In this document: positions 49,318-59,706 of the stretch, piece by piece
Position numbering within the stretch: position 1 is the stretch's first letter
How the letters are laid out: every line of letters begins with the position of its first letter
Source of the DNA: Vicinamibacteria bacterium
GTDB taxonomy: Bacteria; Acidobacteriota; Vicinamibacteria; Fen-336
Length of the DNA stretch: 64,000 bases
NCBI GenBank assembly: GCA_963578825.1
Contig: CAUZDW010000015.1
Coordinates: 6,703 to 70,702, forward strand
Direction of reading: 5' to 3'
Notes under the pieces: generated by a model
What the model saw: the letters and a program-made list of their open reading frames with translations, nothing else
The model's database searches: none
Told to the model about the DNA's origin: nothing
Translations under genes and position numbers: made by a program

Positions 49318-50973
49318 ATGGACGCGCGAGCGCTTCTCGTCGTCGTCGTCGCGCTTCTCGTCGGCGGCTACTTCGTCTACGGGCGTTTCATCGCCCGGTT
49401 GGTGGGCGTCGACCCGTCCCGACCGACCCCCGCGCACACGAAGTACGACGGCATCGACTACGTCCCGGCACGCCAGTGGTTCGTGCTCTTCGGCCATCAC
49501 TTCTCGTCGATCTGCGCCGCCGGGCCCATCGTGGGTCCGGCCCTCGCCGTCGCCTACTGGGGCTGGGCGCCGTCGATCATCTGGATCGTGGTCGGCGGTG
49601 TGCTCCTGGGGGCGGTGGCCGACTTCACTTCACTCGTCGTGGCTGTGCGCCACGGCGGCGTTTCGATTGCCGAGGTCTCGGGCCATGTGATCAGCCGGCG
49701 CGCCCGCCTGCTCTTCTCGATCTTCATCCTGATCGCCCTGGTCCTGGTCCTAGCCGTCTTCGCCGTGCTGACGGCAGGCACGTTCGTCCAGGCACCCGAG
49801 ATCGTGGTGCCAAGCTGGGGCATCCTGCCCGTGGCCGCCCTGGCGGGTGTCGCGCTCTACCGCGGCCGCACCGGCGGAGCGCGCCTCGCCGTCGTCACGG
49901 TCCTGGGCCTCGGCGCAATCCTGGCGCTCCTGGCCATCGGGCACGCCTTTCCCCCGCCGGTCCCGGAGGTGGCAGGACTCAGCCCCCAGACCTTCTGGAT
50001 CGTCATTCTCCTGGGATACTGCGCGGTGGCTTCGGTCCTGCCTGTCCACTACCTCCTTCAACCTCGCGACTATCTCTCCTCGTACGTTCTCCTCACCACG
50101 ATCGGCCTGGGCCTCCTTGGAATCCTGGTCTCGGGACCCGACTTCCAGGCGGCGCCCTTCCATGGCTTCCAACCGACCGAGTGGGAGCTGGCCGGACCGC
50201 TCTGGCCCCTCATGTTCGTGACGATCGCGTGCGGGGCCATCTCGGGTTTCCACTCCGTGGTGTCCTCCGGCACCACGTGCAAGCAGCTCGACAACGAGGC
50301 CCATGCGTGCCGCATCGGGTACGGCGCGATGATCGTCGAGTCGACCGTGGCCACGCTCGTTGTGATCGCCGTGGGTGCAGGCCTGAGCGCGCCCCGCCAC
50401 GCGGAGCTCCTGAGGTCCCCCGGGGGCGCCATCGCCGCCTTCGGCGAGGGGTACGGCACCCTCACCGGCTCGATGCTCGGGACCTACGGCACGACGTTCG
50501 CCATCATGGCGCTCAACTTCTTCATCCTCACGACCCTCGACACCGCCACCCGGCTGGGCCGTTACCTGCTGGCCGAGCTCACGGGCTGGGAGAATCGATA
50601 CGCCCCGACGATCATCGTCGTGGTCGCCGCCGGGGCTCTGGCTCTCTCGGGGCAGTGGCGCATCCTGTGGCCTGCCTTTGGCGCGTCGAACCAGCTCGTC
50701 GCCGCGCTGACGCTGCTCGTCGTTTCCTGCTGGCTCCTCGATCGGGGCGCGGCGCACCGCGTCACCCTCATACCGGCGGTGTTCATGCTGGTGACGACCC
50801 TCGGCGCCCTCGTGTGGCAGATCCACGGGGCGATCACCGGGGTGGGCCGCGACGGCCCGGACTGGTTCCTGGCGGGGCTGTGCGCCGTGCTCATCGTCCT
50901 GGCGCTGGCGGTCACACTCGAAGCGCGGAGCGTCCTGTGGCGCCCGGCTCGCTCCGCCGAGACCTCTTCCTGA
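49318..50973 (+). CDS. cstA: carbon starvation protein A (peptide/pyruvate transporter family)
   Basis: 551 aa: GHHFSSICAAGPIVGPALAVAYWGWAPSIIWIVVGGVLLGAVADF...GFHSVVSSGTTCKQL is a CstA signature throughout. Confidence 0.9.
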   Translation: MDARALLVVVVALLVGGYFVYGRFIARLVGVDPSRPTPAHTKYDGIDYVPARQWFVLFGHHFSSICAAGPIVGPALAVAYWGWAPSIIWIVVGGVLLGAVADFTSLVVAVRHGGVSIAEVSGHVISRRARLLFSIFILIALVLVLAVFAVLTAGTFVQAPEIVVPSWGILPVAALAGVALYRGRTGGARLAVVTVLGLGAILALLAIGHAFPPPVPEVAGLSPQTFWIVILLGYCAVASVLPVHYLLQPRDYLSSYVLLTTIGLGLLGILVSGPDFQAAPFHGFQPTEWELAGPLWPLMFVTIACGAISGFHSVVSSGTTCKQLDNEAHACRIGYGAMIVESTVATLVVIAVGAGLSAPRHAELLRSPGGAIAAFGEGYGTLTGSMLGTYGTTFAIMALNFFILTTLDTATRLGRYLLAELTGWENRYAPTIIVVVAAGALALSGQWRILWPAFGASNQLVAALTLLVVSCWLLDRGAAHRVTLIPAVFMLVTTLGALVWQIHGAITGVGRDGPDWFLAGLCAVLIVLALAVTLEARSVLWRPARSAETSS

Positions 50974-50982
50974 CTCGATCGA

Positions 50983-52572
50983 TCAGGAGGAGGCGCCCCG
51001 CTCCCTCGCGGCGGCTTCGAGGGCGTGTCGGGCAAAACCCGCTCCTGCCTCGACCGCCAGGTTGACCGCCGTGTCGACGCCAGCCTCGCGGAGCTCCTGG
51101 ACCTCGTCGTCGTGCCGGGCCGGCACCGCCAGCATCCCCGCGAAGCCATGGTCGCGGAGGAGTCGGGCCGTGGTCAGGTTCTCCTGGTGACTTGCCAGGG
51201 TCAGAAGGACCAGTCGCAGCTGTCCATGCCTGCCAACGCGGTCGTAGAGGGCCAGATCGGTCGAGTCGCCGAACACCACGTTCCGCCCGGCTTTGCGTTG
51301 TTCGGCCGCGCGCCCCGGGTTGCGCTCCATGCCGACGACCTTGTCTCCCAGCTCGCCGCGCAGCGTGTCATAGGCACGCTCGCCCATGGGGGCCATGCCG
51401 ACGACGACGACCTCGGCCGGGCCGATGTCGATTGGCGCGTCCTCCGGCAGGGGTTCGTCCGTCTGAGATCGCTCGAGGCGCTCCCGAAAGCGACCATAGA
51501 GAGTGTGAGCTCGGTCGTTCAATGGCGAGGCCGCGATGAACGTGATCGCGACGGCGATCGCGAGGATGACCATCCATTCGGCCGGGATCCAGCCGGCCTT
51601 GTATCCGACCGCTCCGACGATCAGCCCGAACTCGCTGTAGTTCGCCAGCGAGAGCGACGCCAGAAACGCCGCCCTCGCCCGCAACCGGAAGCGGCAGATC
51701 AGCCAGAAGAAGAGCGCGGTCTTGAACGGCACGGCCAGACACAGCAGGGCGGCGACACCCAGGGCCGTCGGCGTTGGTGCACCGGCCAGGCCCACGGAGA
51801 GAAAGAAGCCGACGAGCAGGAGGTCCTTCACGTCGAGAAGAGACTTCGCCAGCTCCGAGGCCCGGGCGCTGCCGGCCAGAAGCCCACCGATCACGAGCGC
51901 ACCGAGATCCGGCTTGAGGCCGACGACGTCGAACAGGGCCGCGGAGCCCAGGGTGAGGACGAGCCCGTAGAGCAGCAGCAGCTCATCGTGCCCACACCTC
52001 TCCATCAGGCGGCTCAGCAGGGGACGCAGGAGGACGAGGCCGGCGACGAGGGCCATCGACCAGGGGGACGGAACCTCGCCCTTCGAAGCGGTGAGGAACA
52101 CGATGGCGACCACGTCCTGCATGATCAAGATGCCGATGGCGGTCTTGCCGTGCTGGGAGCCGACCTCGCCCTTCTCCTCCAACACCTTGATTGCGAACAC
52201 CGTGCTCGAGAAGCTCAGCGCAAAGGCGATCAGAAGGGACTGGGTGGCATCGAGCCCAGCAAACACTAAGAACCCGGCCGACGCTAGCCCCAGGACGACT
52301 GCACCCAGGGCGATCACCGTCACGAGCATGTGGATCGTGGCCCCAGCCCAGATCACCGGACGGGCGAGGGTCTTCAGCTGGAGCTTCAGCCCGATGCTGA
52401 ACAGCATCAGGAGAACGCCGATGTCGGCGATCTCGTCGACCAGGCCTCCGCTCCGGGCACCGAGAGCGTGGAGCACGAAGCCGGCGATCAGGTACCCGAC
52501 GAGGGGCGGCAGGCCGAGCCGACGGGCCCCGTAGCCGAAGACGAACGCGATGGCCAGCCAAAGAGATTCCAC
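50983..52572 (-). CDS. Kef-type monovalent cation:proton antiporter (CPA2) with C-terminal RCK/TrkA-N domain
   Basis: Na+/H+-exchanger TM core (LVGYLIAGFVLHALG...SSTVFAIKVLEEKGE), then a Rossmann RCK domain (VVVVGMAPMGERAYDTL...). Confidence 0.8.
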   Translation of the reverse strand: MESLWLAIAFVFGYGARRLGLPPLVGYLIAGFVLHALGARSGGLVDEIADIGVLLMLFSIGLKLQLKTLARPVIWAGATIHMLVTVIALGAVVLGLASAGFLVFAGLDATQSLLIAFALSFSSTVFAIKVLEEKGEVGSQHGKTAIGILIMQDVVAIVFLTASKGEVPSPWSMALVAGLVLLRPLLSRLMERCGHDELLLLYGLVLTLGSAALFDVVGLKPDLGALVIGGLLAGSARASELAKSLLDVKDLLLVGFFLSVGLAGAPTPTALGVAALLCLAVPFKTALFFWLICRFRLRARAAFLASLSLANYSEFGLIVGAVGYKAGWIPAEWMVILAIAVAITFIAASPLNDRAHTLYGRFRERLERSQTDEPLPEDAPIDIGPAEVVVVGMAPMGERAYDTLRGELGDKVVGMERNPGRAAEQRKAGRNVVFGDSTDLALYDRVGRHGQLRLVLLTLASHQENLTTARLLRDHGFAGMLAVPARHDDEVQELREAGVDTAVNLAVEAGAGFARHALEAAARERGASS

Positions 52573-52590
52573 TGAGGCTCCCTTCGTCGA

Positions 52591-54174
52591 CTACTGGCGG
52601 GCTCGAGGCTCGCCGCCAGGCGATTCATCCCATCGGTTGAAGACCCGGAGCCGACCCCGCCGATAGGCTTCCACGTAGTCGCTCGTCAGGCCCCTTGGCC
52701 GAGGATCCCCGACGTCCCACAGCAGCGCCACGTCGGTCCAGATCGGCCGGGTCCCGCCGGTCATCTCCCGGGCGGCCCTTCGAACGCCCGGCCGATACCG
52801 CAGCGGGAAGTGGCGCGTGCCCGCCTGGTAGTTCGTGGCCACGGCGTTTCCGGTCCCGAGACAGTAGAGATTCGGGTTGATGTAGTCGAAGGCCTTTCCC
52901 TGGTCCTGCTCGCCAAGGAGGACGAGGGTCTTGCCGCGACCGACGACGTCCGCCGCGGCCATGAACTCCTGGATGTCGCGGTTCGCGACGGGCAGAAACG
53001 AGGCCACGCAGGCGAGGTTCCAGATGTTCAGGACGAGCACCACGGCCAGGGCGCCGGAGCGCAGCTCCTTCTGTCTGGTCACGGCCAGTCCCGCGACGAC
53101 CAACAGCGGGGCGACGAGGGCCAGCCGGGCCCTGAGGTAGCCGGCGTGAGCGCCGAGATCGTCGGGCCCAAGAGCGAACGCGAGAATCGCGCACCCTCCG
53201 ATGACGAGCACGATGCGTCGGGCGGCCGCCCCGGGTTCGCCCCGGGCCGCGAAGGCCGCAACGACGCCTCCGACGGCGAGAGCTGCGAGGACCGCCAGTG
53301 TCGCGACGGTGAGGGCCGTGGCGGAAAGCCCCGCGTGACCCCCAAACCACTCGAGACGCAGCGAGGAGAGGGCGCCGCCCGAGGTCGGGGATCCGGCGGG
53401 GCCCGTCAGTCCGCGAAGAGCGCGCCGCAATCCTGCGGACTCCAGCACACCGGCCTGGGAGACGAACACGGCCACCAGGACCAGGCTCGGGGCAAGTCCG
53501 ACCAGGAGACGCGGAAGGCGACGGGCCCGATCGGCCGACACCGAAGCGAGGGCGACGACGAGCACGGCTGCGAGCACCCACGCCCCGAGGTGGGTGAAGA
53601 AGAGCACGAGAAAGAAACCCATGCAGAGGATCACGTCCCGCACAGTCTTGCTGTCGCGGCGGAGCTCTACCCAGGCCACCACCAGAAGGGCGAGGGCCGC
53701 GCCCAGGAGAAAGTTGTAGAAGCCGAGCCAGAAGGCCCGTCCGAACGCCATCAGGACCGCGACGCCCGTGATCGCTCCCCGGTCCGCTCCCAGGGCGCCA
53801 GCCAACCGCCAGGCTCCGAGGGGCCAGAGCACGAACCAGAGGGACACCAACACCTTCTCGGCCACCGTGGCGTCGAGCACCCGCGTCAGAGCCGCGAGCA
53901 GGAGGTGTGACGTCCAGTTGGGGAAGGGCTCCAGACGTCGCTCGAAGAGTGCACCGTAGCTCGTGCCCGCCTCGTTCAGGTCGCGAAATGCGATGGCGCT
54001 GGCCACGTGAACCGGCCCGTCCTGCGTGGGCACCCGAGGGAACGCCCAGATCAGCGCGATCTGGGCGACCACGACGAGGAGCCATACGGCCTTGGGGAAG
54101 AGACGAGGACTCCCCGCGAGGCTGGGAAGAGGCGCGCGGCCCGGCTCGGAGCCGCTGTGGGCGAGAGTCTCCAT
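52591..54174 (-). CDS. large polytopic membrane protein, possible GT-C-type glycosyltransferase
   Basis: 527 aa with at least 12 hydrophobic segments and a hydrophilic C-terminal domain. No diagnostic motif recognised. Confidence 0.35.
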   Translation of the reverse strand: METLAHSGSEPGRAPLPSLAGSPRLFPKAVWLLVVVAQIALIWAFPRVPTQDGPVHVASAIAFRDLNEAGTSYGALFERRLEPFPNWTSHLLLAALTRVLDATVAEKVLVSLWFVLWPLGAWRLAGALGADRGAITGVAVLMAFGRAFWLGFYNFLLGAALALLVVAWVELRRDSKTVRDVILCMGFFLVLFFTHLGAWVLAAVLVVALASVSADRARRLPRLLVGLAPSLVLVAVFVSQAGVLESAGLRRALRGLTGPAGSPTSGGALSSLRLEWFGGHAGLSATALTVATLAVLAALAVGGVVAAFAARGEPGAAARRIVLVIGGCAILAFALGPDDLGAHAGYLRARLALVAPLLVVAGLAVTRQKELRSGALAVVLVLNIWNLACVASFLPVANRDIQEFMAAADVVGRGKTLVLLGEQDQGKAFDYINPNLYCLGTGNAVATNYQAGTRHFPLRYRPGVRRAAREMTGGTRPIWTDVALLWDVGDPRPRGLTSDYVEAYRRGRLRVFNRWDESPGGEPRARQ

Positions 54175-54326
54175 GGTGGGATTGCGGGCACGGGGATTCT
54201 ACCAGCAGCACCGGATCGGGCTATTCAAGCCCGGCAGAGCTCCGCAGCCGGTGAGACGCGCTATCCTGATCGTCCCATGAACCCTGCCCCGGACGCCACG
54301 CCCCGTCGATCTCCTCCGAGACTCCG

Positions 54327-55112
54327 TTGAGCAGGCTCGTCGCCGTCCTGCGCACCGTCCTCAGTCTCATCTCGGTGGCCCTCGTCGGGTTGGCCTGGCT
54401 TGTGCTGGCATTGCCCCTCCGGCTGGTCGTCGTGCCGGGATCGTGGCTCTTCCCCCGCTACCGGCCGCGGCTCATCAGCCTCTACGTCAAGGCCCTCTCC
54501 TGGGCGACCTTCACTCTGCTCCGGGTGGGAGGCGGACGCTTCCGACGCAAGGGGGTCCTTCCCACCGGTTCGCCCATCTACGTGGTCGCGAACCATCAAG
54601 CCATCCTGGACACGATGCAGACGGCTCTGCTCGGCCAACCCTACGTGCCCGCGTTCGTGACCCGGTATCGATACGCCCGCTTCATCCCCCAGGTCTCGGT
54701 CTGCATCCGTCTGCTCGGCGGCCCGCTCGTCGACCTCGACGCGCGGAAGAGCCCCGGTGGCTCTATCGATGGCCTGCGCCGCGCCGCACGGGAGCTGACC
54801 CACGCCCTGCTCATTTACCCCGAGGGTCACCGCACGAAGACCGGGGAGGTGGGCCGGTTCCGTGTAGCGGGATTCGAGGCAATGCTTCGCGAGAGGCGGC
54901 TGCCCGTCTACGTCATCATCAATGACGGCTTGTGGCGGGCCCCTCGCCTCGCCGACGGGGTTCTCCGCGTGCATCTCATGGACGGGTGGTCGGAGGTCGT
55001 CGGCCGCTACGACCCTCCCGAGGACGACGCCGAGCTCCCGGCTTTCATCCAGCACCTCAGAGACGTCATCGTCGAGCGTCTGGCCGCCCACCGGTCCAGG
55101 TCAGAATCCTGA
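54327..55112 (+). CDS. lysophospholipid (1-acylglycerol-3-phosphate) acyltransferase, PlsC family
   Basis: An N-terminal TM anchor. VVANHQAILD is the HX4D block, and LIYPEGHRT is the xxPEGTR block. Confidence 0.75.
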   Translation: MSRLVAVLRTVLSLISVALVGLAWLVLALPLRLVVVPGSWLFPRYRPRLISLYVKALSWATFTLLRVGGGRFRRKGVLPTGSPIYVVANHQAILDTMQTALLGQPYVPAFVTRYRYARFIPQVSVCIRLLGGPLVDLDARKSPGGSIDGLRRAARELTHALLIYPEGHRTKTGEVGRFRVAGFEAMLRERRLPVYVIINDGLWRAPRLADGVLRVHLMDGWSEVVGRYDPPEDDAELPAFIQHLRDVIVERLAAHRSRSES

Positions 55113-55148
55113 GCCGAGGCGGTCATCCTCCCGCCATCACGCGGCGGA

Positions 55149-57842
55149 TCATCTCGGCGCTCCGCGAGCGAGGACCGGCTCCCCCACTCCGCTCGAGAGC
55201 CTGTTGACCGTGTGCGAGATCTCACGAACCACCATGGTGCCGTCCGCGGCCTTGAGGACGAGCGAGAGCTGCATCTGATCCACCTCCTGCAGGTCCTCCA
55301 TTTTGAGCGTGACCGTTCTTCCGTCCGGGGCGAGACTGGCGCCGAGGACCGTGACCGCTTCGGTTCCCTGCTCCCCGTCGAGCTTGAACAGGTCCGAACC
55401 GTAGCGGCTGCTGCGCCGGTAGTTCCAGCGACGCACGTCGTAGCTGTCGGTGTTCTCCGCTGACACACGGTCGAGGGGCTCGGTGAACGTGATCGAGATG
55501 CCGTCTTTCCCGCTCACGTGGAGCTCGGTGGGCATGTGGAGCGGTCCACCTTCGTAGCGCACCCGATAGAAGCCGCCGTCCGCCTTCTTCTTGGTCCCCC
55601 AGCCACGAAGCCCGGTCACGTAGAGCTGACCATCCTTCTTGCGAAAGTCGGGGCGCATCAAGCCGGTGTCGAAGTCGACCGGTAGCTCCACGGCTCCTCC
55701 TTGAAGCGTGGCGCCGACGCGCTCCATCAGGACCAGGAAGATCTTGCCCCGCCCATACGACGCGTGGACGAGATGCCCTTCGAGGGGTCCCCATCGGGCA
55801 TCCGGCACCCAGGCCTGCCCGCCCCCGGAGTTGTCGGCGCTGATCGGGAGATAGGTGATGGGACGGTCATAGTCGTCCACGCCCGAGGGCCCGATGCCGC
55901 CACCCCAGGCGTACCCGTAGTAGCCGCCGGGCTCGCACATGACGATGGGAGTCGAGGGGATCCAGTGGCCTTCCTGGTCGGACGTCGTGATCTGGCCCTC
56001 GGGCCCTATCGCTACGCCGTTCGGCACCCGGAAGCCTCGGCAGACGATCTCGAGCGTCTCTCCGGACGGATCGAGCTTCATGATCACGCCGTGATGGTCG
56101 ACCCGGGCCGGGAGCGCGTGGCGCGCCGCCTTGGCAAAGTAGAAGTTGCCGTCACGATCCCGATCGAGATCGAACGTGAACTCGTGAAAGTGGTGTGTGG
56201 CGAGGAAATCGTTGTTGAAGTTCTCGTAGAAATCCGCTTCGCCATCGTCGTTGAGATCGTGCAGCCGCGTGACCTGGTTGCGGTCTAGAACGTAGACCGT
56301 GCCGTCCACGACCTCGGCGCCCTGGGGCTGGTAGAACCCGGTGGCGTAGCGCCGCCAGACGAGCTCATCGAGATCGGCGTCGACGCCGTCGACGATCCAG
56401 ACGTCGCCGCTCCAGGTGGTGATCACGGCGCGGTCTTCCCCCTCGAAGAACGCGAAGTCTCCGGGGCGCATCCACGACTTCCAGGGGTTATCGGTGGGCA
56501 GTGTGATCTCGTCGACGACATAGGGGCCGGAGGCCGTACCGAGACGCCCACGAGTCGTCACCGTCTCCGGAAAGCGGGGAGGCCCTCCCCGAGTGAGCCT
56601 CGCCAGTGACCGCGACGCTTTCGCCCTCCGAATCACCGCGGCCAGGCGCGCCGGGTCCGCGCCCCTGGCGAAGAAAAGAGTCCACCTGCGGGTCTCATGG
56701 GAGGGCGGAAGGCGCAGGCGGATCTGCTCGCCATCGAGATGCCAACGGGCATCGCCGATCCCGACGAGCCCCACCAGCAACGGGCCGGCCTCGACGAGCG
56801 TCTTGCTGGCCAGCCCGGCTCCGGGCTCGAGCGAGGTCAGGTCGAGGAGCCGGGGATCACCGGAGGCCTCGGCGACCTGCAGCCCCATCTCCTTTTCGCT
56901 CGGCGCCACCTCCAGTGTCCGGGTGACGATCTCCAGACCGTCCCGGTTCTCGAAGCCGGGCAGATCCAGTACGGCGACGCCGCCGACCACATAGGAAAAG
57001 ACGACCTGGTCGCCGTGGACGGAGTAGCCGCGGTACTCCGCCCAGTCCCCGGGGAGATTGCCGAACCCGTCTGGACGCGGATCGGTGAAGCGCCCGTCCC
57101 GGGCCCAGCCGGGACCGACCGGCGTCTCGAAGACCGGCTCGCCGTCGACCCAGGGGTGCGGTCCGTGCTGCCAGTCGAACACGGTCCCGGTCAGCTTCAG
57201 GAACTCGCCGGTCCACCCGACCGCGTAGCGCAGAAGCTCGGTGTCGAAGACGATTCCCGCCCGATCATCCGGCGTGAGCGAAACGGCGTGGGCCTTGTAC
57301 GTGACGTTGTCGCCCGGGGTCTTGTCGGCTCGGGGATCCTCGGGCTCGCGGACGGTGATGCTGGCGGAGATCACCGATCCGTAGTCCATATCCAGCCACT
57401 CGGTCGACTCGGTGATGGCCAGGTCCTCCACCGACGCGTCCCACTGGGCGCCCTGATCGATCCAGGCCCGGAGGATGCCAATCTCCTCGCCCGAGAGCCG
57501 GCCGCCGGTCGGGGGCATCTCGAGCCCCTCTTCGAAGCCGGCCACGAGTCGGATCAGGCGGCTGCTCTCACTGTCCCCCGACTCGATCGCCGGCAGACCC
57601 GAGTAGCCACCCCGCACCGCGTCCTTCCTGCGCCACATGCTGTAGCCGTTCATCACCACGTCCCGGCCGTGGCACTCGTAGCAGCGCGCCGCGAGGATCG
57701 GCTCCACGTCCTTCAGGAAGTCGATCTCACGGTCGACGGGGGCCGGCAGCTTCTGCGAGGCGGCGTGGGTCAACAGCGCGACGGCACCGCACGCCGCGAT
57801 CACACAACACGTTGTCAACGCTCTCAGCGGGTTCATCTTCAT
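55149..57842 (-). CDS. secreted PVC-type heme-binding CxxCH protein with a planctomycete-cytochrome-like domain and a beta-propeller (sorbosone/glucose dehydrogenase-like) body
   Basis: Signal peptide, then FLKDVEPILAARCYECHG (PSCyt1-type CxxCH). The remaining roughly 750 aa have repeat character typical of the membrane-bound-dehydrogenase-like DUF found with TIM-barrel and DUF1080 partners. Confidence 0.65.
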   Translation of the reverse strand: MKMNPLRALTTCCVIAACGAVALLTHAASQKLPAPVDREIDFLKDVEPILAARCYECHGRDVVMNGYSMWRRKDAVRGGYSGLPAIESGDSESSRLIRLVAGFEEGLEMPPTGGRLSGEEIGILRAWIDQGAQWDASVEDLAITESTEWLDMDYGSVISASITVREPEDPRADKTPGDNVTYKAHAVSLTPDDRAGIVFDTELLRYAVGWTGEFLKLTGTVFDWQHGPHPWVDGEPVFETPVGPGWARDGRFTDPRPDGFGNLPGDWAEYRGYSVHGDQVVFSYVVGGVAVLDLPGFENRDGLEIVTRTLEVAPSEKEMGLQVAEASGDPRLLDLTSLEPGAGLASKTLVEAGPLLVGLVGIGDARWHLDGEQIRLRLPPSHETRRWTLFFARGADPARLAAVIRRAKASRSLARLTRGGPPRFPETVTTRGRLGTASGPYVVDEITLPTDNPWKSWMRPGDFAFFEGEDRAVITTWSGDVWIVDGVDADLDELVWRRYATGFYQPQGAEVVDGTVYVLDRNQVTRLHDLNDDGEADFYENFNNDFLATHHFHEFTFDLDRDRDGNFYFAKAARHALPARVDHHGVIMKLDPSGETLEIVCRGFRVPNGVAIGPEGQITTSDQEGHWIPSTPIVMCEPGGYYGYAWGGGIGPSGVDDYDRPITYLPISADNSGGGQAWVPDARWGPLEGHLVHASYGRGKIFLVLMERVGATLQGGAVELPVDFDTGLMRPDFRKKDGQLYVTGLRGWGTKKKADGGFYRVRYEGGPLHMPTELHVSGKDGISITFTEPLDRVSAENTDSYDVRRWNYRRSSRYGSDLFKLDGEQGTEAVTVLGASLAPDGRTVTLKMEDLQEVDQMQLSLVLKAADGTMVVREISHTVNRLSSGVGEPVLARGAPR

Positions 57843-57854
57843 GATTGTCCCGAG

Positions 57855-58718
57855 CTACACGTCACAGAGGGCGACGGCCTCGGCGAGCCCTTGCTCCGGA
57901 TCACGGGTGGGTATGAACTCCTGACCGACGAAGCCCGTGTACCCGACGTCCAGCAGGGCTTTCATGACCGCCGGGTAGTTGATCTCCTGTCGGTCGTCCA
58001 GCTCGGCGCGTCCGGGGTTGCCCGCGGTGTGGACGTGACCGAGCAGGTCCCGATACCGGCGCAGGCGCCGGATGACGTCTCCGTTCATCACCTGCACGTG
58101 GTAGATGTCGAAGAGCAGCTTGACGTTCGGGGAATCCACGCGGCGGACGATCTCCGCGCAGTAGTCCAGATCGTCACCCTGGTATCCCGGATGCCCCTTC
58201 ATCGGGTGGGTGTCGTCGCGAGTATTGAGCTGCTCGAGGCACACCGTCACGCCTTTGGCTTCGGCGCGACTCGCCAGGATCTTCAACACTTTCACGCAGT
58301 TGTCGGCCCCCTCCGCGAGAGAGATCTCGCCGCTCGTGGAGTCCATGGCATCTCGCCACTTGTAGCCGGTGAACGCGATGACGTTCGGGACCCCGAAGTC
58401 GGCACTTTGATCGATCGCCTCGTGGGTGCGAGCAAGGACCTCCTCGTGGTACACGGTGTTGTTCAGACCCCTGGCGAAGAGGGGATCGGGCATGCCGTTC
58501 GACGCAAGCGCGCACTCCAGGCCCTGCTCTCGCAGGGTGGACCACCTCTCGGGCGGGACCAGCTCGACGCTGGGACAGCCCAGCTCACGGGCGAGTGTGC
58601 AGACACGCTCGAGATCCCAGCCCCACTCCGTGGCGTCGAGACACCACAGAACCAGCGACTGCCGGATGCGCCCGTTCTTGACCACGGGCCCCGCTCCTGC
58701 GGGCTTTTCATGTGTCAT
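57855..58718 (-). CDS. sugar phosphate isomerase/epimerase (xylose-isomerase-like TIM barrel)
   Basis: CLEQLN...HPGY...FDIYHVQVMNGD...HVHTAG... are the metal-ligand blocks of the AP-endonuclease 2 / xylose-isomerase-like fold. Confidence 0.8.
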   Translation of the reverse strand: MTHEKPAGAGPVVKNGRIRQSLVLWCLDATEWGWDLERVCTLARELGCPSVELVPPERWSTLREQGLECALASNGMPDPLFARGLNNTVYHEEVLARTHEAIDQSADFGVPNVIAFTGYKWRDAMDSTSGEISLAEGADNCVKVLKILASRAEAKGVTVCLEQLNTRDDTHPMKGHPGYQGDDLDYCAEIVRRVDSPNVKLLFDIYHVQVMNGDVIRRLRRYRDLLGHVHTAGNPGRAELDDRQEINYPAVMKALLDVGYTGFVGQEFIPTRDPEQGLAEAVALCDV

Positions 58719-58958
58719 GGCACGTCCTCGCTATCATTGGGCGGGCGGGACGCCGATCCACGGATCGGTCGGCCGGCCCGGGTAGAGTCCTTGGAACCGC
58801 GGCGCCTATTGTAGGGCCGATCGACCGGGATCAACCGCCGAGAAGGGCGTTAGACTCTGCCCGTGCCCGACTCCCGGACCACGCCGGAGGCCCCGGGCAG
58901 CCACCTCACGGAATCGGCGCGATGGTGTGCCGGCGGACCCGTGGGCAGGAGGTCGTCC

Positions 58959-59672
58959 ATGAGCTTTCCCAGGTTCTTTTCCATGCTCGTCGCGGTCCCG
59001 GCCAGTCTCGCACTTGGCTGCGCCGCCCCTCCCGCCAGCGAGGCCCCCCCCATGAGCGAACCGGCCCCCGAGGAGCGAGCGGAAAGCTTCGCCCCCCTCT
59101 TCGACGGCGAGAGCTTCGAGGGATGGGAGGGGAACCTGGACTTCTTTCGCATAGAGGACGGCGCCGTCGTCGGCGGCCGCCTGGATGACGAGATCCCACG
59201 GAACGAGTTTCTCTGCACGACCGAGGAGTACTCGGACTTCGAGCTCCGGCTCCAGGCCAGGACGTCCAGGGAGGACGCCAACGGCGGCATCCAGATTCGC
59301 TCCCACCGCATCCCCAACGAGAGCGAGGTGGTCGGCTACCAGGTCGACATCGGCCTTCTGGGCGGCGAAACGCCGATCAATATCTGGGGCGCCCTGTACG
59401 ACGAGGCGCGACGGCGCGAAATGCTGGCCGTGGCCGATCAGGACGAGCTGGCGAAGGTGATTCGTCTGGACGACTGGAACGACTACGTCATCCGCGCCCA
59501 GGGGAAGCACACGGGCATATGGATCAACGGGTATCAGACCGTGGACTACACCGAGGCCGATCCGGACATCGAGCTCACCGGAATCATCTGTCTGCAGATC
59601 CATGCCGGACCGCCTGCGGAGATCCGATACCGCAACCTGGAGATCCGGAAACCTGGAGGCTCGGGTTCGTAG
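58959..59672 (+). CDS. DUF1080-family lipoprotein (3-keto-disaccharide hydrolase-like, concanavalin-like fold)
   Basis: AGGAGG SD at 58947-58952. Signal peptide with LALGC lipobox. FDGESFEGWEGNLDFFRIEDGAVVGG...WNDYVIRAQGKHTGIWINGYQTVDY is the DUF1080 signature. Confidence 0.75.
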   Translation: MSFPRFFSMLVAVPASLALGCAAPPASEAPPMSEPAPEERAESFAPLFDGESFEGWEGNLDFFRIEDGAVVGGRLDDEIPRNEFLCTTEEYSDFELRLQARTSREDANGGIQIRSHRIPNESEVVGYQVDIGLLGGETPINIWGALYDEARRREMLAVADQDELAKVIRLDDWNDYVIRAQGKHTGIWINGYQTVDYTEADPDIELTGIICLQIHAGPPAEIRYRNLEIRKPGGSGS

Positions 59673-59706
59673 GGCGCCGACCACCGCAGGCGTGCCGCCG
59701 GTGGTG

